Shown: in pieces, positions 63,905 to 64,000 of the stretch
Position numbering within the stretch: position 1 is the stretch's first letter
How the letters are laid out: the number at the start of each line of letters is the position of its first letter
Source of the DNA: Lama guanicoe
Lineage: Eukaryota
Direction of reading: 5' to 3'
Assembly: GCA_013239625.1 (NCBI GenBank)
Contig: MU057342.1
Coordinates: 2,604,335-2,668,334, forward strand
Length of the DNA stretch: 64,000 bases
The notes under the pieces: generated by a model
Database searches by the model: none
Told to the model about the DNA's origin: nothing
The model's input: only the letters and a program-made list of their open reading frames with translations
Program-made: the position numbers and the translations under genes

Positions 63905-64000
63905 CTAGAAGGAATGAAAGCACGCAAGGAGAAAAAGCAAAGTCGCTAGAGAAAGCGGAGAAACAAAAGCCCTAAATAATTCACGAGACTGGATGATCAA

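Noticed and set aside
1-64000. All ORFs in the supplied six-frame track
   Set aside because: All are 169 aa or shorter, have no recognisable domain, and often lie in repeats, low-complexity sequence or N runs; this is expected background for mammalian non-coding DNA.
1-64000. Prokaryotic-type systems (CRISPR array, operon, defence island, prophage)
   Set aside because: No regularly spaced repeats or gene-dense regions; the sequence is CpG-depleted and full of eutherian repeats.
1-64000. Using L1/LTR orientation bias to infer host gene strand
   Set aside because: Counts are small and mixed (L1 about 5 plus vs 3 minus; LTR about 3 vs 4), so uninformative.

Overview
This is mammalian (eutherian) non-coding genomic DNA, not microbial. 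About a third to a half of it is recognisable as decayed interspersed repeats: L2, MIR, L3/CR1, L1M and artiodactyl L1 3' ends, ERVL/MaLR LTRs (MLT1, LTR33) and hAT-Charlie MITEs (MER5, MER58, Charlie4). One young tRNA-Ala-derived SINE at about 49241-49369 resembles camelid vic-1. I saw no Alu, Bov-tA, PRE-1 or Can-SINE, so the source is probably a camel, alpaca or llama. None of the supplied ORFs looks like a real protein, and I found no promoter CpG island, RNA gene or multi-exon CDS. The window reads as a very large intron or a gene desert. The best non-repeat signals are (1) a minus-strand 12-nt microexon candidate at 63893-63904, with a 21-nt alternative and neural (SRRM3/4-type) upstream features; (2) weaker minus-strand cassette-exon candidates at 60611-60668 and 8525-8581; and (3) a forkhead/MEIS motif cluster with retained CpGs at about 6850-7560 that looks like a conserved enhancer. 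I could not name the host gene and found no evidence of a novel multi-gene system. Repeat families were called from memory of consensus sequences, and boundaries are approximate unless a TSD or TIR is quoted.
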